Below are positions 49,764-63,681 of a stretch of 64,000 nucleotides of DNA, piece by piece. The DNA comes from Haliotis rubra (Eukaryota). Numbering within the stretch: position 1 is the stretch's first letter; every line of letters begins with the position of its first letter. Where the stretch lies: the NCBI RefSeq assembly GCF_003918875.1, contig NW_025767646.1, forward strand, positions 1,736,001 to 1,800,000, in the 5' to 3' direction. Position numbers and translations under genes: made by a program. A model generated the notes under the pieces. It was given only the letters and a program-made list of their open reading frames with translations, did not search any database and was not told where the DNA came from.

Positions 49764-51102
49764 AGTAAATCTTAGAGTGTCGCAGGATGTTTACAACTTT
49801 TCAAAATATAAGAGCATTGAAAAACCTAGAAACAAATCCAGGTAAACCCAGATCTCAGATGTTCACATTGCTGACAAACCTAGAAACAAAATTGTGATGA
49901 ACCGGAATTCAAACCCTCAATTTCAGGATCCTGGCATGCCCAAGGGATGTAACTATGGAGGGCACATTGGGTTAAGGGGACTAGGCCACCAGTGTTTTTT
50001 GTAGGACAAGAAAACTGTAGCACTAAAGTTCTAAATTCAAATAAACAGCTATTTCTTCTTCTGTTCTCTTGAAAAGTTTTGGTTCTTATAAACTTTTCAG
50101 TTCTTGACTGAGGAGACATTTGATGAAATAAGTTTAGGGAACAAATTGATCCTGAACAATCATGGTCTTAACGGACTTTGCAATAACACAATCTGTAGCT
50201 TCTTTCCTTACAGCCAGGAGAAGACATTCAATACTGACTAAAGCTTATTAACATCTGATTATAGCCGTCACTTGCCAGTGAAATCATCATTTCCCAAATT
50301 GCTATCATCCAGTGTCAAGTTCACCAGCTACAATTCCAATTTCCTCAGGCTCTGTACAAAGTTTAGCTCATAAGATTTCAAATTAATTTCTCATTAATGA
50401 TACTTTTATGATGATTGAACTATTAAGCATGTTGACACAAAATCAGTTGGATAAAATTAGATAGAGATACTCAGAATGGAAATCTAAAATGCTGATTCAT
50501 ATGGAAAGGAATTGAAATTGCCAGGTTTTCATTACTGACTGGCCTAACACAAGATAGCTGCTGAAGATTCTGTAATGGTTGTGACAAAAGAATATCATGC
50601 CATACCCCGATCAGCCATCCAGTGGAAGCAATTTCCTCATTATTGTGATCAAAACCTAACACTTCAATTGGCTCATTAATTATACATAGATGATGAAAAT
50701 AAGGTATGAAAATGTCAAACTGGTTGATCTGGTCTGACTCATTCACTGTTGCAATTGTCTTGTATATTGCGACATTCAGTGTTAACTGACTCAATGCAAA
50801 GTCACAGGTAATGAAAAAATAAAAAAAACGAATAGAATACAAATGACCTACATTGTTTGTGGTTACGGTGAATAATTGAGGTCAACGACTTAATGAGAAT
50901 CACTGATCTGGGGCAACAGGACGATGGGCGATCTTTACACGCACAACGTAGTAAACATGGCAAAATCCTTGTGATTCGTGCCAAATAACTGGAATCTTCA
51001 GCCTCAACATTTGTCAAAAGAATTTTTGAGCCACTTTTCCCTTAAACATAAAAAGCCAGCTCAAGACGAAACATATATCAATATTTTCATCTAAGACACC
51101 AG

Positions 51103-51175
51103 GGCCTAGATTTTCGAAGCTCAGCTCTAAGATAGTCGTAAATACATTAACATTAACTTCGATATCTTTCGAAAA
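51103..51175. mobile_element. Truncated copy of the 29122 MITE
   Basis: CAG followed by GGCCTAGATTTTCGAAGCTC...CTAAGATAGTCGTAA. Confidence 0.7.
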
Positions 51176-51187
51176 AGATTAATGAAA

Positions 51188-51745
51188 CACCTGGTGTTAT
51201 GATTGTATGAGTTGAGATTGATAATAACATGTGCCTGCCATTGAGATTAACATCTGGTGTCATGATTGTATGAGTTGAGATTGATAATAAGATGTGCCTG
51301 CCATTGAGATTAACATCTGGTGTCATGATTGTATGAGTTGAGATTGATAATAAGATGTGCCTGCCATTGAGATTAACATCTGGTGTCATGATTGTATGAG
51401 TAGAGATTGATAATAACATGTGCCTGCCATTGAGATTGTATGAGTTGAGATTGATAATTAACATTGAGATTAACATCTGGTGTCATGATTGTATGAGTTG
51501 AGATTGATAATAAGATGTGCCTGCCATTGAGATTAACATCTGGTGTCATGATTGTATTGAGTTGAGAAAATGATACCAGGGCCTTGAGCATGTGCCTAGT
51601 TAACATCTGGTGTCATGATTGTATGAGTAGAGATTGATAATAACATGTGGATAACATCTGGTGTCATGATTGTATGAGTTGAGATTGATAATATGCCTAT
51701 ATTGTATGATGAGATTGATAATAAATGCCATTGAGATTAACATCC
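51188..51745. repeat. 63-bp minisatellite, about 8-9 units, degrading at the right end
   Basis: Unit CATCTGGTGTCATGATTGTATGAGTTGAGATTGATAATAAGATGTGCCTGCCATTGAGATTAA. Confidence 0.93.
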
Positions 51746-52983
51746 AATGATTGAGGGAAAATGATTTGAGCATAGTTTGGATATTATATATAAATATCCT
51801 ATATTAATAATAATAATAATGATTTTAAAAATGTTTAATGTTGTTGTTTTTAGTAAAACAAAAGCCATTTAATAACATGATGAAGATACTAGCACAGTGA
51901 TGAGCTCATGTATTTACATGTTCAGCAAGGAGTGAGAAGATGATATCTGTTCTCCTATAAATGCCGCCACATCACCAACAGCTCGAACCATGCAATGTTT
52001 TATTACTCTTTAGTTCATGCTTTAGTAGGCACTCCCTTACATCAACAACCTACGTTATTTCTACCTTGTCGACTGGTATGTCTAAGTTAGGCAAATGAAA
52101 TCCTGAGTTATTATGATAACATGATGACTGGGAGAAATCAGATTGTCTGCGGGGAGAAATAAACCACAGATCATATTCGGTCTGTTTGATAGCAAGGTGC
52201 AAAACTGTCATCCACTTTGGACATCCCTCCATCATGTTATTCTGAGATAGGAAGGACAAAAGAAACTCGGGACCACTGTCTTCTCACCTTATTGCTTAAA
52301 TCAGTCTGCTCTGTTCAGGCTTAAACTAAGAATAACTGGCCATTTGATCGGTAGAAGTGTTTTCAAAGATAGACCTCTACATTGTAATTCTTTAATGATT
52401 ACAGAATTCTGAAGCGATTTTGTCAGTTGGAAATATCTTCTAACCAATGTTTTGAGGAAAAGAACAGAGCAAAATCAAAGGGCATCGAATCTATGTATTG
52501 TTGTAATTTGTGAGCAGGTCAATACAAATGTAGGGTCTGTGAAATTATACAGATCAAGTTAACATTAGTTACATTTCTATAAACTCAGCCATTCCGGTGT
52601 CACTTATTTTCAGTGATCCCTCTATATAATTTTCACTGCTATTTTATCTTAAGAACCAAGTAGAATTTGATCCTGCATCTAAATTGGGGATAAAGGATAA
52701 ATACTATGCACTAGTATGTGGGGCCTAGCACATATCCACAGCAGGAAGCACCCTGAAGGATCTCAGGCAAGGAGATGAGTAGATAGGTTCCATAATTACC
52801 AAGTCTCCCTTAGACAATTCCAGGGTAATAACAGACCTCGAGAACCCAAAGCATTTCTCCTTGTCTGGATTCCAAATCAGAATAAGGGATCCTAACTGCC
52901 CCATGGTTGTTTCCACCCTGTGACTATAGGACAGATACCCAAAAGCTTGTCTGCCATAGATCAGATGACAGGATAAACTGTAA

Positions 52984-53138
52984 GAGTGAGTGAGTAAGCT
53001 CAGTTTTATGCCGCTTTTAGCAATATTCCAGCGGGGGACACCAGAAATGGGCTTCACACATTGTATCCATGTGGGGAATCGAACCGGGTCTTTGGATTGA
53101 CAAGCGAATGCTTTAACCACTAGGCTACCCATCGCCCC
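52984..53138 (-). mobile_element. SINE family A
   Basis: Consensus match. Confidence 0.88.
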
Positions 53139-53267
53139 TTATTTCAGAAGGAAATTTGCCATTTATTTTCCCCATGGGAATATGGATCAGAATCATTCCC
53201 CAGCACCCCATTGAGGTTCCCCCATGGAATAGGTTCCCAGTGCCCAAGCATGTCTCCTCTCAGGACA

Positions 53268-53440
53268 CTGACTGACTGACTGAGTTTAGTTTTTACGCCG
53301 CTTTTAGCAATATTCCAGCAATATCACGGCCGGGGACACCAGAAATGGGCTTCAGACATTGTGCCCATGTGGGGAATCGAACCCGGGTCTTCGGCGTGAC
53401 GAGACAACGCTTGAACCACTAGGCTACCCCACCGCCCCCC
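53268..53440 (-). mobile_element. SINE family A, (CAGT)n-tail subtype
   Basis: Near-consensus; TSD CTCTCAGGAC. Confidence 0.93.
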
Positions 53441-54744
53441 TCTCAGGACGAGATAGAACAGGTACACAGCACCATAAGCTGGCCATACAAGCTAAATGTA
53501 AGGAGGATGAGATCATCACTTTGCGTGACCTAAGGGTCCCATCTTCTCTCCACGGTGTGGATCACTGCTTCTGATATGAATCACTAGTCTGAGTGGTCCA
53601 GATTTGATTAATTACAGATGCCAGAGATATATGTCTGCTGCATAAAACAACATTCAGACAGAAATAATCTGTCTACTCCAAGCTCAGACGTGTATCACAG
53701 ATATATAGATGGAAGATGGATGACATTGTACTTTATAGTTGTCTCTGCGGTACCCAATACCAATATTGTCTTACAGAGACACTTGAACATTATCTTGATG
53801 AGACAGACTTGACCAGAAGTGGCTTTAACTCAATTCCCAGAGAGGAATATGGGAGCCTTTTATCTAACAATAATCTAAATATGTCGAAGTCTATGTAAAA
53901 GAGTCAAGTTTAGACTTTCTCACCAAATAGTCTCTTTGTTCAATGGTATTACAACCCCAAAGAAAAGGATTTCCAGGTTTTCTATTTATAGAATACCTTG
54001 ATGAGCACCGAATGACGATCTTCACCATGTGCATGGAACATTTACCAAATGATCCAGACAAATTGCAAAGCTCGGAACAAGGAAAATCACTCTTTTCATT
54101 CGGTCATCCAGTAATTGAAAAGTGAAATCTCATTCTCCTTTTTGGGGCTATGAGGAGATTTCAACAAGGAACCCAAGAATACCCTGATAGCAGCAACATC
54201 TAATACTCTTGGCATGCACATCATCTGCCTGTGGCCCCATATACCAGACAGTTTGCATTACGTGGTATGAGGCACATCTAGTACTTCCCTTCTAGATTGC
54301 CTGCCAGAGAACCTGCCCTCCATTATAAATAATCGATAAGAGCGGATTCAGTCCCAGAGAGGCAGTACAACAAAGTACAGCACAGTACAACTCAGGATGA
54401 CACAGGGCAACCTTCCTGGCATCTCTGTGTGTTGTGCCAAAGCTGCATCTAAGAACTTAAATGCCAAGACAGGAAGTCAAAGCCAGTACAATGTAGTGCC
54501 AGCAATAGCATGTGGCATGGAAGCTTCCTATCTATCATCGTTTGTATTGATTGTGTATTTTATATACACTTGTGTGGATTGTGGCTCAAGAACTCCTTGC
54601 CTTGACATATGTCTTTTACTGGCGAAAAAAACTGGTGCTTGATCACTTCAACTGAGCTTTTAATGGTAATCCTTTTGATGCAAGGCTGTCAGGGATGCTG
54701 TGATAGGTGAATGCTGTTATATGTCAACATTCTTAAAGGTTATG

Positions 54745-54888
54745 GCTGCCGTTTTGGCAGTATTCCTGCAATATCACAGCGGGGGACACCAGAAATGGGA
54801 TTTACACGTTGTACCCATGTGGGGAATCGAACCCAGGTCTTCAGCATGACGAGCCAATGCTTTAGCCACTAGGCTACCCCACCACCCC
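54745..54888 (-). mobile_element. SINE family A
   Basis: Consensus match. Confidence 0.85.
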
Positions 54889-54917
54889 CACAAAGTAGAG
54901 AAAACTTTCTACATGTG

Positions 54918-55150
54918 ACTTGTGAAGATCCAGGTGAGAACCGATCTTCAGTAACCCATGCTTGTCGTAAGAGGTTACTAACCGGATCGGGTGGTCAGGC
55001 TCGCTGACTTGATTGACACATGTCATCATATCCCAATTGTGTAAATCGATGCTCATGCTGTTGATCACTGGATTGTCTGGTCCAGACTTGATTATTTACA
55101 GACTGCCGCCATATAGCTGGAATATTGCTCAGTGCGACTGAAAACTCACT
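54918..55150 (+). mobile_element. Retroposon family B, full length
   Basis: Consensus match. Confidence 0.88.
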
Positions 55151-55767
55151 TCAAACAAGTGAGGTATGAGAGGAGAGAGGTCAAGTCCTCCATCCCATTA
55201 TGGATCAGCCAATGATGTAGGGTTAGTCATCAGTTACTCCGCAGCAGCAACAGAAAAACCAAGTTGAGACTTGCATCTTGCACACTCATAAATACATTCT
55301 GAATGACAGCTGGTAAAAGTAGGCAATCATGAGGTCCTGGTGAGCCGCAGTGACAGAGCTGTGTTTCCTATATCCTACGATGGACACACACAAATACATT
55401 CTTAATGAGCATGGGCAAGTGAAGATGATCGGGACGCTCATATATATTGACAGTCCAGTAATCTCTATATTCCACCAAGAGTAACAACTAAGCCCACTTG
55501 TCTCCCCAATGATGCTCAATGAGGGGTGTTGGACAGAAGAGAATCTCTGAAAGAAGTAATTACTGGACATTGCCTGACAGATTACTTCTACAGAATAAAC
55601 CCACACACTTGTGTTTAAAATTTGGTGTGAATCATAATCACTCATGTATACCACTACACTACTGCCCCAAATATGGGCATATATCATTTGAATGAAGCAT
55701 TGTTGAGGTGAACAGTCACAATACCATGGCATTGCCTCTGAAGGCAGCATCTTATTACAACTAGTGA

Positions 55768-55927
55768 TTGAGTGAGTTGGGTTTAACAGTGCTTTTAGCA
55801 ATAATCAAGCGACATCACTGTGGAGGGCACCAGAGATAGGCTTCACATTGTACCTTTGTGGGGAATCGAACCGGGGTCTTTTGTGTGATGAGCCAACACT
55901 TAAACCACTAGGGTCCCACACTGCCCC
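55768..55927 (-). mobile_element. SINE family A (diverged)
   Basis: Consensus match. Confidence 0.8.
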
Positions 55928-57194
55928 GTATAGCAATGAAATTTCCCATCATGCATGACGATCACATGATACACATGTACACAGAAGCCAAAGTGTGTGT
56001 GTCTGGGGGGGGAACTCTCAACCACTTATGCAATTGAACTAAGCATGTTTAAAATTCCCCAAGACAGTATCTCAGTGAACAGACATTATCAACAGAGATA
56101 TGGAGGTGAATTCCAGCATTTACTACACCTCTGCTCTATGCAGATCACACCTGGAAGCAAGGATGCCTTGGAGGGTGTAAGTCTAACTGCTAACCATGGG
56201 ATGGTCAGGAAACATCAGGGTGGGCTTTGCAATGCCAAGGAGGTGCTGTTGGCCAATGGCATCACACAATGTTTAGCTTTTGATTCACAAATAGCAGAAA
56301 ATATTGCTGGCCACGTAACGACGTTGAATGCCAGAGCTACAATCCTTGACCATGATCGATAATGGGCAGCTAGTCTGGTAGTCTGTCATACAGACCCTGA
56401 ATTAAATGTATCCAAGAAAGCCCATGAAAGTCTAGAAAATGTGGCAAGTCTAGATTTCCACAGCTTCAGGAAGAAAGTCTCAGGGCTCCTTTTCATTATA
56501 TTTTATTTTTTTTACTATGAGCTTTTTTTTCTGTAAAATATGTTCATTTCGGAGACTAGTTGTTTGTCTAGTAGTCTGTTAACACACATGACAACCAAAC
56601 TGAATTCGCTATTGTGAATGGACATTTGACCGCATGTTGATGAAATTTTGTGTCCCGGTTGGTAGAATTCACTAGGTGTATCGGAAAAATGTCTGAGCTG
56701 CAAATGACAATATCAGACCACATCAAGCCAAGGTCTTCATAAATTATCTCCTGTGAGAAAGCATGCAGACATTTTACCACCTGTGAAGTCACCTGACATG
56801 TACCCAACAGAGCATCCAAGAGCGGAAGCATGAGAACCAACACCTGTGAAAGTGTCCCAGCTTGGGGTAGTCCTTCAGGAAGAATGGCCATCAGTATCAA
56901 TGGCAACTATGTGCAGGTTAATGAACAGCACACTGTCAGGGTGTCATGCATGTAGCAACTTGGTGGACACACCAGATATTGATCTACATGCCTGGAATTA
57001 AGTTTATATACATTCATCATTACACCTTCACTACCATTTCATGAGTTTCTTGTCAGTAGGATAATTAGAACACCAGATGTTCTACTAGCCAGCTTCATAA
57101 TCACCTTGTGACTTGATGTACACAAGGATTTACTGAATGATAAATATTGCAGCCTATGAACTTGGCAAACATGGACACTCAGAGTGAACAGTAA

Positions 57195-57415
57195 GAGTGA
57201 GTGAGTGAGTGACCTCTTGGCAATATTCCAGCAATATCACAGCGGGGTAAACTATAAGAACTGTCAGTCTCATGGGGTGAGTGAGTTGGGTTTTACGCAG
57301 CTTTTAGCAATATTCCAGCAATATCACGGTTGGGGACACTAGAAATAGGCTTCACACATTGTGCCCACCTGGAAAATTGAACACAGGCCTTCTGTGTGAA
57401 CGCTTTAATCACTAG
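57195..57415 (-). mobile_element. SINE family A: tail fragment plus a diverged copy
   Basis: Two GCAATATTCCAGCAATATCAC blocks. Confidence 0.75.
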
Positions 57416-57459
57416 CCCTGGTTATGGGCTTGAATGATTAAACAAGAAGTAGGATTCAC

Positions 57460-57764
57460 ATGAAATTATCTGGCATTTAACATGGCACTCTGGTCTGCTT
57501 ACACATGGTGTGTGCATGCGTTTGTTTGCATGCATGCATGCATGCTGCTTGTCCTAGTCCGGACTGACTGTGATATGGCAGTGGTAGCCAACTGAGACAC
57601 CATGCTGCAGTTTAACATGGGTATTCCATTCAGACTCCAAGCTGACCAGTCCATGTTTTATTCCCTTAACGCTGAGTACCAGGCAAGGTAACAATAATAC
57701 CACCTCTTTCCATCTTTTGGTTTGATGCAGCTCAGGATCAAACCATTTACCTTCCCCTCACATG
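57460..57764 (-). mobile_element. Degraded SINE family C (a similar relic lies at about 34050-34290)
   Basis: GCCAACTGAGACACCATGCTGCAG...GACTCCAAGCTGACCAGTCC...GGATCAAACC. Confidence 0.6.
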
Positions 57765-57912
57765 NNNNNNNNNNNNNNNNNNNNNNNNNNNNNNNNNNNN
57801 NNNNNNNNNNNNNNNNNNNNNNNNNNNNNNNNNNNNNNNNNNNNNNNNNNNNNNNNNNNNNNNNNNNNNNNNNNNNNNNNNNNNNNNNNNNNNNNNNNNN
57901 NNNNNNNNNNNN
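57765..57912. other. Assembly gap (N run)
   Basis: 148 Ns. Confidence 1.
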
Positions 57913-59611
57913 ATGTGTGGAGATTATGTGCGTGGCTGCATGGTTATCTAATGAGTATGTCAGTCATGTCAGTGGATCAGTTCTTTGCTATATTTCACAT
58001 AAATGTTGTCCAATTATTGTAAATTTGAAGTACATTATAATTCGAGATCTATGTCACTGACATTTGGATCTTTATCCAGTGTCATTTTACTTATTATTTC
58101 CCATTTGTAAAAAAAATACACTTTCATGAGGGTATCAAATTTCCAGTTAAGTGTCTAATACTAAATGTCCTGCACAAAATTATTTATCAAAAGATACCCA
58201 TCTCCCTCCATCAGGTCAACTGCAGGCAGTGCTACAATGGGGAGTAATTGTTCTAATCACATTCAGACGGAAATGCTTTTGAAATATTTCTGACAGTTAT
58301 AATGATGTAATGATGATAACGGGGAAAAAAATCCAAGTGTAAAATGAATCCATGGCATCTCATACTTGATGTGACAAAAAAGTTCACATTTTTTTTTAAT
58401 TGTTAGAATGATTAAAATTAATGAGACAGAAAGTGACAGTGATGTTTCTTGATATGAACAGGCTTGATTGCAGGTGAAGAGGAGATAATGAAGTTCTTAA
58501 TATCTCCTTGCATGGAAACAGATCCTGTCAATGTATGCCAGGACACAGAGAGAGGCTGTGTATTATATCCAGTGCTAGTATGAGTGAGTGAGTGAGTGGG
58601 GGAGATGGGTTTATTGCAGTTATATCATGGCCTCTCAGCATACTGTAAGAGGAAAGTCCAAAGTGATGCAGCTCTAAAACCTTTATACTTCATGAAAACC
58701 ATTAGCACAGACATGGTGCTGACAAACCTAGAAACATAACCCAGAGGAAATGGGATTTGAACCCAGACCCATAAGTTTCTGGCATGCACAAGGGATGCAT
58801 CTTTGAGGCCACTAAGTGTATGAAGAAAGCAACCAGTGATGCACCTTTGAAATGTTTATAAATCTCTTTTGGCGAACCCTTAAATAATGGTGTGGGTATT
58901 TAATACTGTGGATTATAGTTAGATAAAAACTGGTACAGTCATGATCAGCAGATCCTTAAATAATGAAGGGGCATAACTCTGCATTGCAAATTGCACCACT
59001 GTAGGCCACGGCATCTCAAATGTTGTGAAAAGAAAATACATTAAAGTGATAAAAATGTTGCTGTTTTCATTTGATACAATGATATAGGAACTTTGTCTAT
59101 GTCTTCCAGATTTCAAATGCTCATGTAAATTACATTTTTGTGACATCATTTCAAAGATAAATTTCGACACCTAAATGGCTTTACTTATCCACAAAGATTA
59201 TTTTTGTAACTTTTATCATGTCAATGATGACATTCGTAGATACACCAGTGAGGAGAGTGCCTATTTTAGACCATGCCGTGGTAGCATTAAACAAAGAACC
59301 TCAACTGGATGTAAACACTCTCAACCCATGCATTAAATACCACCACTGATCCTCATGAAGTCGGAGAATGTTCATGCATTTTCTTTAAAAGGTGTCTGTG
59401 TTTGACTCAAACTCTCTGCCATAACAACCTTTGGTGAGAACTCTTTGGAGACATCCCAACAAAGCAACAAAACAGCTGAGAAACCTTTAGAAGATGTCAT
59501 GCACTTTGAAATACAGAAAATGGGGACTGTTTAATTTCTAGCAAATGAATCTCGTGTGATTCCACACTAGTCCAAAAAGCTTGATACAGATTTACTGCAT
59601 TGCTACAATAA

Positions 59612-59771
59612 TGAGTAAGAGAGTGAATTTGGTTTAACACAATATTCCAGCAATATATCGATGAGAAACACCAGAAATGGGCTTCACACATTGTACCCAT
59701 GTGGGGAATCAAACCCGGGCCTTCTGCATGATGAGCGAATGCTTTAACCACTTGGCTACCCCACTGCCCCC
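59612..59771 (-). mobile_element. SINE family A
   Basis: TSD TTGCTACAATA. Confidence 0.88.
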
Positions 59772-60123
59772 TTGCTACAATAGTTGACAGAGAGCAATTG
59801 TGTAGCCATCTGATACAACCAATAAGATTGTGCTGTACATAGATCTACACATAATATGTCTATTTATAACTGTTGTCAATAATTTACCAACACATATTCC
59901 AACAGGTGTGGAAGGCAAAATAGAGAAAATGATATGAATGGATAATGTGCTTCATGAAACAGGGAAGCATGTCCTGGCCTATCGGCAGCACCTGCCTTAC
60001 ACACATATTGCATAAATAATGGGTGTACATGAAAAGGTTGTTCGTCTAATTATTATATTAGTCTGATGCCGAACAGTTCTTTTTGTTCATCAGCATCCTC
60101 TCAACTGATCTTAGAATTCATTT

Positions 60124-60258
60124 CAGGGGCGGATCCAAAGGGGGTGCGCACCCCCACTTTCCCCGAAAAAACAATTTTCCCAGAAATTTTCCCCTAACCT
60201 TTGACTTCAGCATTTCCCCTAACCTTTGGACTTCTCCAAACTGCTGGATCTGCCCCTG
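60124..60258. mobile_element. Short MITE with CAGGGGCGGATCCA TIRs (hAT-like)
   Basis: CAGGGGCGGATCCA...TGGATCTGCCCCTG; no clear TSD. Confidence 0.65.
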
Positions 60259-60489
60259 CAGTTGATCCGAACCTCGTTTCAGTAGGCCGGGACCCATGAA
60301 AATCCTGGTTGGAACTAGTCCTCTATGACCAATGTCTATCCTATACCTATGGGTTGAAATGAATTGGGCTTTATAAAAAATCGGCATTATTTCAGCCATA
60401 TAATGAAAAGAACCACGTGGGTTGATTTGAGTTGGGCTTTACGGCACATCTGCATTATTTCAGTCATATAGTGACGAGACCAAGTCTGC

Positions 60490-60663
60490 ATTTCGTAAGA
60501 AATGACCAATGGGATCGGGTAGTCATACTCGCTCACTTGGTCATTGTATGATAATTCCGTAATAAGTGTTCATGATGTCAATCACTAATTCAGGCTTGCC
60601 TATTTAAAGATGGACACTATATTGGTGAAATACTGCTAAGTGTGCCATTACACAACAAACAAA
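60490..60663 (+). mobile_element. Degraded retroposon family B
   Basis: TCGTAAGA...GGGATCGGGTAGTCA...AATACTGCTAAGTGTG. Confidence 0.6.
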
Positions 60664-63103
60664 CATTATGCCTATGGTAACTTATGTTTGGTCAGAACAA
60701 GGACATGAAATGCCAGTATAACAAGTTGTCATGCAAACAGTATCTCCACAAGCTGGTAAACTGTTTCTAACTGGTGTACACTTACAATGTACAAGGAGCA
60801 GGGGGGATTATCCAGCAAATCATCAATTATTCAGCTGCAACAGAAGAGACAGAAATGGCATGCCGCTAAGAGATGGAAAATCTATCCTGTTAATGTTCGG
60901 AACTTAATCTTAACTGTCACTGATATGTGCTACTATAGAAACCAGACAGAAATACTGGCACCAATTCCAGACACACAGGCTTTTCACTTTCTTGCACTTT
61001 AATCAATATGACGGCCTTGGAAGATTCGTTTTGTAGCTTTTTTGGGACAGAGTGTTGGAAAATCAATGCATATTACACTTTAACATGCAGGACAAGATTC
61101 TTTTGAGGGATAGGTGGAAGACACTATGCATGGTAAATATACTATGTTCTGGCAAGCAATCTTTTATATTTGTCTGCTAGATTTAGCTTTATGATTGACT
61201 ATATTTAATTTACATCTTTGGTGACAGTTAACGTTGGTTCATGGGAACTCATGTAGGATAAAAAGTATTGGCCATAGCAAACAAAATGTTTAAGACAAAA
61301 AAATAACTTTGTTTTTATATGTTTCTTTGACAGTACAACAGCTCTTCTGTGTTTAGATAAGCTGACTGACTGAGTTTGGTTTTACGCCGCTTTTTGTTTA
61401 GATAAGAATAGATTATAATAATTCTTTTCCAAACCTTAAAAAACAAACATTTATTTTGCTTTTCTTGAAGAATTGATAAAAACTAGGGCAAATTGTCAAT
61501 AAATTCATGTCATGAAAAACCTACACATGTTAGCAGCCGTTCCAACTGTGATGCATATTCATAGCACTAGAAAATCGTTTCAAGTGGCAAAAAAATACAG
61601 AGAGAAATGTGTTACGAGTTTTTTTCAGCATAAGCATAGCCTAGCAACCAATTGATTGAGCAAACAAAGGACCTGGATGATTCTCCATCTCATCGAACCA
61701 AGAAACTCTGGAGTTAGTCCTGTCAGAGTTACCTCCCCTTACACATGTCTATTTTCAAGGAAAATGAGCTGCAGTAGGTGAAGATACATAGACTTGGATC
61801 CTCAAGGAGAATCAGAACATGATTCTGAAATGAGTTAGTGATGTGGGGTGTGCACATGTAACATAAAAATCATGTGATCACTTGACATAATTAACTTGGG
61901 ATAATGTACCTCATTTCAAATTTAGGAGTTGTTGGTGATCTGAACCCATTTCTATATCATATTGTTGCATTTAGAATTATTGTTTTTTGGTTACATGCTA
62001 TTTTTAACCGTAAATCTGTGATATTCTATTTTTTAACTGCCCTTTGATGACATGTTTTTATACCATCTATGTTTCTGTTTCTATGTGGCTGAAATACTGC
62101 TGTCACTTTTTAACTCACTCATTCACTAGGAGCATCTTTTGAATTTCTCACAAAATCAGCATGTAAATGTAAATAAGAATGTCTTTATTATACCAAATCT
62201 TTTACAAGATTTCAGATCAAATATTTCTACATCAGAATGAATACAGATGCATTTAAAATTCATGTTATTTCTCAAGAAGAGTGAAATTGGAACTATAAAA
62301 TTAAAGCTGCATACAATTTCTACATAACTGGATTAATGATTCAGAAGATATCAGATGAAAAGTGCTGCTACCGATTTTCTATCCAGCAAATCAGATTAAA
62401 TCTTGAAATCAGAGCCAAGGAAATAATACAATTATTGACTCTGATGGTTTAAATTTTTAAATTTTTAACCCCCAAAAAACTGGAGGAACTTTGATTGAAC
62501 AAGAAAGATTAAAATTCAATGAATTAATTTCCATCACAAAAATGTATTGCAATTCTTTATTCTCTCAGAAATAATATCCCCACTCTATTGAATTTGCCTA
62601 CTGAGTTTTCAGACAGGCAATCTAATTTGGAAAATCTACTTGTGTTGCTATGGAAATGTCTTGCTCAAAGGGCGGCATAAAGTTTGTGACATGGTACACT
62701 GCAAGAGGATGCTTTGCATCATCCTTTCGCACAAGGGAAATGATGGGAAATATCACAACTCTTAAAGCATTACTGCACTTTCTGCATGCCTGTATCCAAC
62801 ATCCATGGGTTGTTGGTGATGTATGTTGTTGAGAAATGTTTACCTGATGTCTCTGAACCAATCACAAAAATACATATGGAAATGACACAATTACCCTGTG
62901 AAACATAATGCTTTGCTCATATTAAACAATTAATTTATTTAAAAATATATGAACATTATTTGTTAAGTATTGGCATATGAAATATACATTTTAATAAGGA
63001 TTTGATGAAAATAACTTTAAATGAAAGAAACATCCATGAAGTTAATTAATGTTTCTCCAAAATGGTTAAACTGCTCTTTTGATATTTCCAGTTGCTGGGA
63101 TTC

Positions 63104-63233
63104 GAGTGAGTGAATCACTCCACTTTTAGCAATATTAAAGTAATATCATGGCGGGTACAGCAGAAATGGGCTTCACAAATTGAACCCATGTGGGGAATCA
63201 AATGCTTTAACTACTAGGCCAGTCCACCACCCC
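63104..63233 (-). mobile_element. SINE family A (older, internally deleted)
   Basis: TSD CTGGGATTC. Confidence 0.85.
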
Positions 63234-63246
63234 TTCTGGGATTCAA

Positions 63247-63420
63247 GGGGCGGTGGGGTAGCCTAATGGTTAAAGCGTTGGCTCATCACACCGAAGACCC
63301 GGGTTCGAATCCCCACATGGGCACAATGTGTGAAGCCCATTTCTGGTGTCCCCCGCCGTGATGTTGCTGGAATATTACTAAAAGCGGCGTAAAACCAAAC
63401 AGTCAGTCAGTCAGTCAGTC
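63247..63420 (+). mobile_element. SINE family A, (CAGT)n-tail subtype
   Basis: Near-consensus; TSD TCTGGGATTCAA. Confidence 0.93.
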
Positions 63421-63574
63421 TGGGATTCAAACCCTTACCCATCACATGACTTCAACTCATTGCTGGTTTGACCAATGGAGCCTTCTGGACAGCTAGACAA
63501 TATCAGTACCAGTCATTGAGCCATACTTTGGAGTGATATTAATCATGATTGTCGCTGTCTGTGGAAATATGTCC

Positions 63575-63681
63575 AGACACCAGAATTGGGCTTCACACAT
63601 TGTACCCAATGTGGGGAATTGAACCCAGGTCTTCAGTGTGACAAGTGAATGCTTTAACCACTAGGCCACCCCACTGCCCCC
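63575..63681 (-). mobile_element. SINE family A (partial)
   Basis: Head and body match. Confidence 0.8.
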
